The notes under the pieces are model-generated. The model was not told where the DNA came from. It made no database searches and saw only the letters and a program-made list of their open reading frames with translations. The position numbers and the translations under genes are program-made. 64,000 nucleotides of DNA from the human T2T-CHM13v2.0 reference genome, Homo sapiens, in assembly GCF_009914755.1 (NCBI RefSeq), contig NC_060938.1, one strand, 5' to 3'. Of this stretch, positions 17,201 through 29,700 are shown one piece after another (position 1 is the stretch's first letter; every line of letters starts with the position of its first letter).

Positions 17201-20200
17201 TGCAGTGATATATTAAAATGCCCCTGTAGGCAGAGCCTAGACAAGAGTTACATCACCTGGGTGATCAGTGCAGAGATATGTCACGATGTCCCCTGTAGGC
17301 AGAGCCTAGGCAAGAGTTACATCACCTTTGCCATCAGTTCAGAGATATGTTAAAATGCCCCTTTAGGCAGATCCTAGACAAGACTTGCATCACCTGGGTG
17401 ATCAGTGCAGAGATTTTTCACATTGCCCCCTGTAGGCAGAGGGTAGAAAAAAGTAACATCACCTAGGTGATCAGTGCTGAGATATTTCACAATACCCACT
17501 GTAGGCAGATCCTAGACAAGACTTGCATCACCTGGGTGATCAGTGCAGAGATTTTTCGCATTGCCCCCTGTAGGCAGCGGGTAGAGAAGTGTTAAATGAC
17601 CTAGGTGATCAGTGCAGACATTTGTCAAAATTCCCTGTAGGCAGAGCTTATAAAAGTGTTACATCACCTAGGTGATCAGTGCAGAGATATATGTCACAAA
17701 GCTCCCTGTGGGCAGAGCCTAGCCAAGATTTCTCTCTCCAGGAGTGATAAGTGCAGAGATATGTCACAAAGCCCCTGTAGGCAGAGCTTAAATGAGTTAC
17801 ATCACCTGGGTGGTGAGTGCAAAGTTATGTCACAAAGCCCCCTGTAGGCTAAGCCTAGACAATAGTTACATTACTTGGGGGATGAGTAAAGACATCTCTC
17901 ACAATTCCCCTGTAGGCAGAGCTTATACAACAGTTACACCACCTGGGTGATCAGTGCAGAGATATGTCACAATGTCCCCATAGGCAGATGCAAGACAAGA
18001 GTCCGTCACCTGGGTGATCAGTGCAGAAATAAGTCAGAATGCCCCCGTAGGAAGAGCCTAGACAAAAGCCCCATCACCTGGATGATCAGTACAGGGTTCT
18101 GTCACAAAGTCCATTTAGGCAGATCCTAGACAAGAGTTATATCACCTGGGTGATCAGTGCAGAGATATGTCACAATGCCACTGCAGGCAGAGCCTAGACA
18201 AGAGTTACATGACCTAGGTGATCAGTGCAGAGATACATCGCAATGCCCCTTTAGGCAGAGCCTTGACAAATGGTACATCACCTGGATGATCATTGCAGGG
18301 ATATGTCACAAAGCAGCCTGTAGGCAGATCCTAGACAATAGTTATATCACCTGGGTGATCAGTGCAGAGATATGTCACAATGCCACTGTAGGCAGAGCCT
18401 AGACAAGAGTTATATCACATGGGTGATCAGTGTAGTGATATGTCACAATGCCGCGTGGCCAGAGCCTAGGCAAAGGTTACATCACCGGGGAGATCAGTGC
18501 AGAGATATGTCACAATGCACTCTGTAGGCAAAACCTAGAGAAGAGTTGCATCACCTGGGTGATCAGTGCAGAGATATGTTACAATGCACCCTGTAAGCAA
18601 TGCCTAGACAAGAGTTACATCACCTCGGTGATCACTTCAGAGATATGTCATAACGCCCCTGTAGGCAGAACCTAGAAATAAGTTACATCACCTGGGTGAT
18701 CAGGGCAGAGATATGTCACAATGCGCCCTGTAAGGAGAGCCCAGACAAGAGTTGCATCACCTCGGTGATCAGTGAAGAGATATGTCTCAATTAGTCCTGT
18801 CGGCAAAGCCCAGAGAAGAGTTACATCATCTCGGTGATCAGTGCAGAGATATGTCAAAATGCCTCTGTGGGCAGAGCCTAGACAAAATTTACATCACCTG
18901 GGTGATCAGTGCAGAGACATGTTACAATGTCCATGTAGGTAGAGCCTAGACAATGGTTACATCACCTGGGTGATCATTGCAGAGTGATGTCACAACGCCC
19001 TCTGTAGGCAGAGACTAGACAAGAGTAACCTCACCTGAGAGATCAGTGCAGAGATATGTCACAACGCCCTCTGTAGGCAAAGACTAGAGAAGAGTTACAT
19101 TACCTGTGTGATCAGTGCAGATATATGTCACTATGTCCCTGTGGCCAGAGCCTAGACAAGAGTTACATCACCTGGGTGATCAGTGCAGAGATAAGTCACA
19201 ATGTCTCCAGCAGGCAGAGCCTAGACAAGAGTTACATCACCTGGGTGATCAGGTCAGAGATATGTCACAATGCCACCCGTAGGCAGATCCCAGACAAGAG
19301 TTGCATCACCTCGGTGATCAGTGCAGTGATAAGTTAAAATGCCCCTGTTCGCAGAGCCTAGACAAGAATTACATCACCTGGGTGATCAGTGCAGAGATAT
19401 CTCACAATACCCCTGTAAGCAGAACGTAGGCAAGAATTACATCAACTGGGAGATCAGTGCAGAGATATGTCATAAATACTACTGTAGGCAAAACCTAGAC
19501 AAGTGTTACATCACCTCAGTGATCAGTGTAGAGATATGTCCCAATGCCCCTGTAGGCAGAGCTTAGACAAGAGTTACATCACCTGGGTGATCAGTGCAGA
19601 GATAAGTCACAATGCTCCCATAGGCAGAGCCCAGACAAGAGTTACATAACCCGGGTGATATGTGCAGAGTGATGTCACAACGCCATCCGTAGGCATAGAC
19701 TAGAAAAGAGTTACATCACCTGGGTGATCCGTGCAGAGATATGTCACAATGTCCCCTGTAGGCAGAACATAGAGAAGAGTTGCATCACCCGGGTGATCAG
19801 TGCAGAGCTATGTCAAAAAGTCCCCTGTAGGCAAAGCCTAGGCAAGAGTTACATCACCTTTCTCATCAGTTCAGAGATATGTCAAAACGCCCCTGTAGGC
19901 AGAGCCTAGAAAAGAGTTACATCACCTAGTTGATCGGTGCAGAGATATTTCACAATACCCCCTGTAGGCAGATCCTAGACAAGAGTTGCATCACTTGGGT
20001 TATCAGTGCAGAGATAGTTCACAATGCCCCCTGTAGGCAGAGGGTAGACAAGAGTTACATCACCTAGGTGATCAGTGCAGAGATTTGTCAAAATTCCCTG
20101 TAGGCAGAGCTTATAAGTTTTACATCACCTAGGTGATCAGTGCAGAGATCTCTCACAAAGGCCCCTGTAGGCAGAGCCTAGACAAGAATTCTCTCCACGG

Positions 20201-23200
20201 GGTGATCAGTGCAGAGATATGTCACAATGCCACTGTTCGCAGAGCCTAGATAAGAGTTACATGACTTAGGTGATCAGTGCAGATACATCGCAATGTCCCT
20301 GTAGGCAGAGCCTTGACAAGTGGTACATCATCTGGGTGATCATTGCAGGGATATGTCACAAAGCACCCTGTAGGCAGATCCTAGACAAGAGTTACATCAC
20401 CTGGGTAAGCAGTGCAGAGGTATGTCACAAGACTCCTGTAGGCAGAGCCTAGACAAGAGTTATATCACCTGGGTGATAAGTGCAGTGATATGTCACAATG
20501 CCGTGTAGCCAGAGCCCAGACAAATGTTACATCACCAGGGAGATCAGTGCAGAGATATGTCACAATGTCCCCAGTAGGCAGAGCCCAGAAAAGAGTTGGA
20601 TCACCTCGGGATCAGTGCAGAGATACGTCTCAATCCCCCTGTGGGAACAGCGTAGACAAGGGTTAAATCACCTTGCTTATCAGGGCAGAGGTATGTCAAA
20701 ATGCCACTGTAGGCAGAGCCTACTCAAGTGTTACATCACTTAGGTGACCAGTGCAGAGATATGCCAAAATACCCCCTGTAAGCAGAGCCTAGACAGGAGT
20801 TATATCACCTGGGTGATCAGTGCAGAGATATGTGACAAGGCCCCTTTAAGCAGAGCCTAGACAATGGTTACATCACCTGAGTGATCAGTGCAGAGATCTG
20901 TCACGGTGCCCCTTTAGGCAGAGCTTACACCAGAGTTACATCACCTGGGTGAGCAGTGCAGAGATATGTCACAATGCCCCCATAGGCACATCCAAGACAA
21001 GAGTCCGTCACCTAGATGATCAGTGCAGAAATATGTGACAATGACCGCTGTAGGCAGAGCCTAGAGAAGAGTCCCATCACCTGGGTGATCAGTGCTGAGT
21101 TATGCCACAATGCCCTCTGTAGGCAGAGCCTAGACAAGATTTACATCACCTGGTGGTTCAGTAAAGAGATATTTCACAATGCCCCTGCAGGCAGAGCATA
21201 AGCAAGAGTTACATCACCTAGATGATCAGTGGAGAGATATGTCACAAGGCCCCCTATAGGCAGAGCCTGGACAACAGTTACATCACCTCGGTGATCAATG
21301 CAGTGATATGTCACTATGCGCCAGTAGGCAGAGCCTAGTCAAGCATTACATCACCTGGGTCATCAGTGCAGAGATATGTCACAAAGCCCCCATACACAGA
21401 GCCTAGACAAGAGTCCCATCACCAGGGTGATCAGTGCAGAAATATGTCACAATGCCCCCTAGGCAGATCCAACACAAGAGTTAAATCACCTCGATTATCA
21501 GTGTAGAGGTATGTCAAAATGCCCCCGTAGACAGAGCCTAGACAAAAGTCCCATCACATGGCTGATCAGTGCAGAGATATGTCACAAAGCCCCTGTAGGT
21601 AGAGCCTAGACAAGAGTTACATCATTTGGTTTATCAGTTCAGAGATGTGTCACAATGCCTATGTAGGCAGAGCCTAGACAAGTGTTTCATCAGCTGGATG
21701 AGCAGTGCAGAGATATGTGACAAGGCCCCTTTAAGCAGAGCCTAGACAATAGTTACATCATCTGAATGATCAATGCTGTGATATGTCACTATGCCCCAGT
21801 AGGCAGAGCCTAGTCAACGGTTTCATCACGTAGGTGATCAGTGCAGAGATATGTCACAAAGCCCCCATACACAGAGCCTGGAAAAGAGTCCCATCACCTG
21901 GGTGATTAGTGCAGAAATATGTCGCAATGCCCCCACAGGCAGATCCAACACAAGAGTTATATCACCTGGGTGGTCAGTGTAGAGATATGTCACAATGCCC
22001 CCGTAGGCAGAGCCTAGACAAAAGTTCCATCAGCTGGGTGATCAGTGCAGAGATATGTCACAAAACCCCTGTAGGCAGAGGCTAGACAAGAGTTACATCA
22101 CTTGGTTGATAAGTTCAGAGATGTGTCACAATGCCCATGTAGGCAGAACCTTGACAAGTGTTCCATCAGCTGGGTGATCGGTGCAGAGATATGTCGCAAT
22201 GCCCCCTATAGGCAGAGCCTAGACAAGAGTTACATCACCTGGGTAATGAATGCAGTGATACATCAAAATGCCCCTGTAGGCAGAGCCTAGACAAGAATTA
22301 AATCATCTAAGTGATCAGTGCAGTGATACCTCACAAAAATCCTTTCAGACAGAGCCTAAACAAGAGTTACATCACCTGGGTGATCAGTGCAGATATTTGA
22401 CACAATGTCCCCATAGACAGAGCCTAAACAAGACTTCCATCACCTGGGTGATCAGTGCAGAGGTATGTCACAAATACCCCTGTAGGCAGAGCCTAGAGAA
22501 GAGTTGCATCGCCTGGGTGATCAGTGCAGAGGTATGTCACAATACCCCCGTAGGCGGAGGCTAGACAAGAGTTACATCACCTGGGTGATCAGTGAAATGA
22601 AACATCTAAATGCCTCTGTAGGCAGAGCCTAGATGAGAGTTACATCAGCTAGGTGATCAGTGCAGTGATATGTCACAAAAATCCCTGTAGACAGAGCCTA
22701 GACAAGACTTCCATCACCTGGGTTATCAGTGCAGAAATGTCACAAATCCCCCTCTAGGCAGAGTATAGAGAAAAGTCCCATCACCTGAGTGATCAGTGCA
22801 GAGATATGTCATGAAGACCCCTGTAGGCAGAGTGTAGGGAAGAGTCCCATCACCTGTGTTATCAGTGTAGTGATATATCACAATGCCGCTGTAGGCAGAG
22901 AGTAGAAAAGAGTTGCATTACCTGGGTGATCAGTATGGAGATATGTAACAATGCCCCCTCAGGGCAAAACCTAGAAAAGAGTTATATCGCCTAGTTGATC
23001 AGTGCAGAGGTACGTCACAAAACTCCCTGAAAGTACACCCTAAAGAAGAGTTACATCACCTGGGTGATCAGTGCAGTGATATGTCACAATTCCCCTGTAG
23101 GCAGAGCCTAGAAATGGGTTACATCACCTGGGTGATCACTATAGAGATGTGACAAATCCCCCTTTAGGCAAAGCCTAGAAAGGAGTTGCATCATCTGGGG

Positions 23201-26200
23201 AATCAGTGCAGAGATATCTCACAATGCACCCATAGGGAGAGCTTAGACAGGGTTCACATCACCTCAGTGATCAGTGCAGAGGTATGTCACAATGCCCCCT
23301 TAGGCAGAGCCTAGACATAAGTTACATCACCTTGATGATCAATACAGAGTGATGACACGAAGCACCTTGTAGGCAGAGCCTAGAGAAGAGTTACGTCACC
23401 TGCGTGATCAGTGCAGAGATATGTCACAATGCCACCTGTAAGAAGAGCCTAGAGAAGAGTTGCACCACCGGGGTGATCAGTGCAGAGATATATTACAATG
23501 CCCCCTGTAGGCAAAGCCTAGACAAGAGTTACATAACCTCGGTGATCACTTCAGAGATATGGCAAAACGCCCCTGTAGGCAGAGCCTAGAAAAAGTTACA
23601 TCACCTATGTGATCAGTGCAGAGATATGTCACAATACCCCCTTTAAGTAGAGCCTAGACAAGAGTTACATCACCTGGGTGATCAGGGCAGAGATATGTCA
23701 CAATGCCCCCTGTAGGCAGAGCCCACACAAGAGTTGCATCACCTCCGTGTTCAGTGCAGAGATATGTCTCAATGTCTCCTGTTGGCAAAGCCCAGAAAAG
23801 AATTACATCATCTCGGTCATCAGTGCAGAGATATGTCAAAATGCCCCTGAGGGCAGAGCCTAGAAAAAATTTACATCACCTGGGTGATCAGTGCAGAGAC
23901 ATGTCACAATGTCCATGTAGGCAGAGCCTAGACAAGAGTTACATCACCTGGGTGATCATTGCAGAGTGATGTCACAATGCCCTCTGTAGGCAGAGACTAG
24001 AGAAGTTACCTCACCTGAGAGATCAGTGCAGAGATATGTCACAACGCCCTCTGTAGGCAAAGACTAGTCAACAGTTACATTACCTGTGTGATCAGTGCAG
24101 ATATATGTCACTATGTCCCTGTGGCCAGAGCCTAGACAAGAGTTACATCACCTGGGTGATCAGTGCAGAGATAAGTCACAATGTCTCCAGCAGGCAGAGC
24201 CTAGACAAGAGTTACATCACCTCGGTGATCAGTGCAGAGATATGTCACAATGCCCCCTGTAGGCAGATCCCAGACAAGAGTTGCATCACCTCGGTGATCA
24301 GTGCAGTGATATGTCTCAATGCCCTCTGTCAGCGAAGCCTGTACAAGTTACATCATCTCGGTGATCAGTGCAGTGATATGTTAAAATGCCCCTGTAGGCA
24401 GAGCCTAACAAGAGTTACATCACCTGGGTGATCAGTGCAGAGATATCTCACAATACCCCCTGTAAGCTGAGCCTAGACAAGAGTTACATCAACTGGGTGA
24501 TCAGTGCAGAGATATGTCATAAATCTCACTGTAGGCAAAGCCTTGACAAGTGTTACAACACCTCAGTGATCAGTGCAGAGATATGTCCCAATGCCCCTGT
24601 AGGCAGAGCTTAGACAAGAGTCACATCTCCTAGTTGATCAGTGCAGAGATACGTCACAGTGCTCCCATAGGCAGAGCCTAGACAAGACTTACATAACCCT
24701 GGTGATCCGTGTAGAATGATGTCACAACGCCCTCTGTAGGCAGAGACTGGAAAAGTTACTTCACCTGGGTGATCAGTGCAGAGATATGTCACAATGCCGT
24801 TTGTAGGCAGAGCATAGGGAAGAGATGCATCACCTGGGTGATCAGTGCAGAGATATGTCACAATGTCCCCTGTAGGCAAAGCCTAGGCAAGAGTTACATC
24901 ACTTTTGTCATCAGTTCAGAGATATGTCAAAACGCCCCTGTAGGCAGAGCCTAGACAAGAGTTACATCACCTAGTTGATCAGTGCAGAGATATTTCACAA
25001 TACCCCCTGTAGGCAGAGGGTAGACAAGAGTTACATCACCCAGGTGATCAGTGCAGAGATATTTTACAATACCTCCTGTCGGCAGATCCTAGACAAGAGT
25101 TGCATCACCTGGGTGATCAGGGCAGACATACTTCACAATGCCCCCTGTAGGCAGAGGGTAGATCAGAGTTACATCACCTAGGTGATCAGTGCAGAGATAT
25201 GTCAAAAAGCCCCTTGTAGGCAGAGCCTAGACAAGAATTCTCTCCCCGGGGTGATCAGTGCAGAGATATGTCACAAGGCCCCTGTAGGCAGAGCTTAGAT
25301 GAGTTACATCACCTGGGTGATCAGTGCAAAGATATGTCACAAAACCCCCTGTAGACAAAGCCTAGACAATTGTTACATCACTTGGGTGATCCGTGGAGAG
25401 ATCTCTCACAATTCCCCTGTAGGCAGAGCTTATATAACAGTTACATCACCTGGGTGATCAGTGCAGAGATATTTCACAGTGCCCCCAGAGGCAGATGCAA
25501 GACAAGAGTCTGTCACCTGGATGATCAGTGCAGAAATACGTCACAATGCCCTCATAGGTAGAGCCTGGACAAAAGCCCCATCACATGGATGATCATTGCA
25601 AAGTTATGTGACAAAGCAACCTTTAGTCAGATCCTAGACAAAGGTTACATCACCTGGGTGATCAGTGCAGAGATATGTTACAATGCACCCTGTAAGCAAT
25701 GCCTAGATAAGAGTTACATCACCTCGGTGATCACTTCAGAGATATGTCATAACGCCCCTGTAGGCAGAACCTAGAAATGAGTTACATCACCTGGGTGATC
25801 AGGGCAGAGATATCACAATGCGCCCTGTAAGGAGAGCCCAGACTAGAGTTGCATCACCTCGGTGATCAGTGTAGAGATATGTCTCAATTAGTCCTGTCGG
25901 CAAAGCCCAGAGAAGAGTTACATCATCTCGGTGATCAGTGCAGAGATATGTCAAAATGCCTCTGTGAGCAGAGCCTAGACAAAATTTACATCACCTGGGT
26001 GATCAGTGCAGAGACATGTTACAATGTCCATGTAGGTAGAGCCTAGACAATGGTTACATCACCTGGGTGATCATTGCAGAGTGATGTCACAACGCCCTCT
26101 GTAGGCAGAGACTAGAGAAGAGTTACATTACCTGTGTGATCAGTGCAGATATATGTCACTATGTCCCTGTGGCCAGAGCCTAAACAAGAGTTACATCACC

Positions 26201-26746
26201 TGGGTGATCAGTTCAGAGATATGTCGCATTGCCTCCATAGGCAGATCCAAGACAAGAGTCCGTCACCTGGGTGATCAGTGCAGAAATATGTGACAATGCC
26301 CCCAATAGGCAGAGCCTAGAGAAGAGTCCCATCACCTGGGTGATCAGTGCAGAGTTATACCACAAAGCCCCCTGTAGGCAGAGCCTAGACAAGAGTTCCA
26401 TCACCTGGTTGATCAGTGTAGAGATATGTCACAATGCCACTGTAGGCAGAGCCTAGACAAAAGTCCCATCACCTGGGTGATCAGTGCAGAGATATGTCAC
26501 AAAGCTCCTGTAGGCAGAGCCTAGACAAGGGTTACATCACTTGGTTGATCAGTTCAGAGATGTGTCACAATGCCCATGTAGGCAGAGCCTAGGCAAGAGC
26601 TACAACATCTGAGTGATCAATGCAGTGATATGTCACTATGCCCCAATAGGCAGAGCATAGACAAGTGTTACATCACTTGGGTGATCAGTGCAGAGATAGG
26701 TCACAATGCCCCCATACACAGAGACTATAAAATAGTCTCATCACCT
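11264..26746 (+). repeat. Beta satellite (68-bp Sau3A family), about 228 diverged monomers
   Basis: Consensus gatcagtgcagagatatgtcacaatgcccctgtaggcagagcctagacaagagttacatcacctgggt repeated head-to-tail in one orientation. Confidence 0.97.
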
Positions 26747-29700
26747 GCACTACAGCCTGTGTGACAGAGGGAGACCCTGTCGAAAGAAAGTAGTGGAATG
26801 GAAGGGATTGAAATGGAATGGAACGGATTGGAGTAGAGTGGAGTGGAATTGAGTGGAGTGGAGTGGAGTGCAGTGGAATGGAATGGTGAAATGAAATGTG
26901 AGCTGAGATTGTGCCACTGCACACCAGCCTGGGTGACAGAGTGAGATACAGTCAAAAGAAAGTACTGGAATGGAATGGAGTGGAATGGAATGTAATGGAG
27001 TTGAGAGCAGTGGAGTGGAGTAGAAAGGAGTGGAATGGAATGGGATGGAATGGAAAGGACAGGAGTGGACTGGAATGGAGTGGAGTGGAGAGGAATGGAT
27101 TGGAGTGGAGTGGAGTGGAATTTAATGGAGTAGAATACAATGGAATGGTGAAATGAAATGTGAGCTGAGATTGTGCCACTGCACTCCAGGCTTGGTGACA
27201 GAGTGAGATACTCTCTAAAGAAAGGAATGGAATTGAATGCAGTGGAATGGAATGGAATGGATTGGAGTGGAGTGGAGTGGAGTGAAGTGGATTGGAGTAC
27301 AATCAAGAGGAATGGAAAAAGGTGGAATGGAATGGAATGAAGAGGAGTGGAGAGGGGTGGAGTGGAGTGCAGTGGGATGGAGCGGAATGGAACGGGATGG
27401 AGTGGAATGGAGTGGAGTGGAGTGCATTGGAGTGGAGAGGACTGGAATGGAGTGGAATGGAATCGGATGTAATGGAATGTAGTGCAGTGGAGGGGAGTGG
27501 AGTGGAACAGAGTGGAATGGAACAGAATTGAATGGAATGGAATAGAATGGAAAGGAATGGAATGGAATGGAATGCAATGGAATAGAATGCAACGCAATGG
27601 AAAGATGACATGTAATGTGAGCTGAGATTGTGCCACTGCACTCCAGCCAGGGTGACAAAGTGATATCCTGTCAAAGGAAAGGAATGGAATGCAATGGAGT
27701 GGAGTGGAGTGGAATGGAATGGGATGGAGTGGAATGGAGTGGAGTGGAGTGGAGTGAAATACAATGGAATGGAATGGGATGGAATGGAATGCAATGGAAT
27801 GGTGAAAAGAAATGTCAGCTGAGATTGTGCCACTGCACTCCAGCCTTTGTGACAGAGTGAGATCCTGTGGAAAGAAAGGAATGGAATGGAATGGAATGGA
27901 GTGCAATGGAATGCAGTGGAGTGGAGCAGAGTGGAGTGGAATTGAGTGGAGTGGAATTGAGTGGAGTGGAATTGAGTGGAGTGGAATTGAGTGGAGTGGA
28001 ATTGAGTGGAGTGGAGTAGAGTGGAATGGAATGGAGTGGAGTGGAATGGAGTGGCGTGGAGTGGAGTGGAGTAGAGTGGAATGGAATGGAGTGGAGTGGA
28101 ATGGAGTGGAGTGGACTGGAGTGGAATGGAGAGGAGTGGAGTGGAAGGGAATGGAATGGAATGCAGTGGAATGGAATGGAATGAAATGGTGAAAAGAAAT
28201 GTGTGACACAGGGAGATCCTGTCAAAAGAAAGGAGTGGAATGGAAGGGATTGGAATGGAATGGAATGGATTGGAGTAGAGTGGAGTGGAATTGAGTGGAG
28301 TGGAGTGCAGTGGAATGGAATGGAGTGGAATGGTGAAATGATATGTGAGCTGAGATTGTGCCACTGCACACCAGCCTGAGTGACAGAGTGGGATCCTGTC
28401 AAAAGAAAGGAATGTAATGGAATGGAGTGGAATGGAATGGATTGGAGTGGAGTGGAGGGAAGTGGAGTGGAAAGGAGTGGAATGCAATGGGATGGAATGG
28501 GAAGGAATGGAATGGACTGGAGTGGAGTGGAGTGGAATGTACTGGAGTGGAGTGGAGTGGAATGTACTGGAGTGGAGTGGAGTGGAATAGAATGGAATAG
28601 AATGGAATTAAATGGGGAAATATAATGTGAGCTGAGATTGTGTCACTACGCTCCAGGCTGGGTGACAGAGTGAGATACTCTTGAAAGAAAGGAATGGAAT
28701 GGAATGCAGTGTAATGGAATGGAGTGGACTGCAGAGGAGTGGAGTGGAGTGGAGTGGAATGGAGACGAATGGAATGAGATGGAATGGAATGCAATGAAGT
28801 GGAGTGGAGTGCAGCCGAATGGAGAGGAATGGAATGGGATGGAGTGGAATGGAGTGGAGTGGAGTGCAGTGGAGTGGAGAGGAGTGGAATAGAGTGGAAT
28901 GGAATAGGATGTAATGGAATGTAGAGGAGTGGAGTGGAGTCGGAGTCGGAGTGTGATGGAATGTAATGGAAAGGAATGGAATGCAATTGAATGCAAAGAA
29001 ATAGAAAGTTGACATGTAATGTGAGCTGAGATAGTGCCACTGCAGTCCAGCCTGGGTGACACGGAGATATCCTGTGGAAAGGAAGCTATGGAATGTAATG
29101 GAGTGAAATGGTATGGAATGGAATGGAATGGAGTTGATTGGAGTTGAGTGGAGTGGAACAGAGTCGAATGGAATGGGATGGAGTGGCATGGAATGGAGTG
29201 GAGTGGAGTGGAGTGAAATAGAGAGGAATGGAATGGGATGGAATGGAATGCAATGCAATGGAATGGTGAAAAGAGATGTGAGCTGAGATTGTGCCACTGC
29301 ACTCCAGCCTCTGTGACAGAGTGAGATCCTTTGGAAAGAAAGGAACGGAATGGTATGGAATGGAGTGGAGTAGAGTGGAGTGGAATGGAATTGAATGGAG
29401 TGGAGTGGAATGGAATGGAATGGAACGCAATGGAAAGCAATGGAATGCAATGGAATAGAATGCAGTGAAAAGGAAAGTTGACATGTAATGTGAGCAGAGA
29501 TTGTGCCACTGCACTCCAGCCTGGTGACACAGTGATATCCTGTCAAAAGAAAGGAATGGAATGCAATGGAATGGAGTGGAGTGGAGTGGAGTGGAATGCA
29601 ATGGAATGGAGTGGAGTGGAATGGAATGGAGAGGAATGGAGTGGAGTGGAGTGGAATGCAATCAAATGGAATGTAATGGAAGGGAATGGAATGGAAGGGA

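Noticed and set aside
11264-26746. Adjacent D4Z4/DUX4-like unit
   Set aside because: Often linked to beta satellite, but no GC-rich LSau or homeobox sequence is present in the window.
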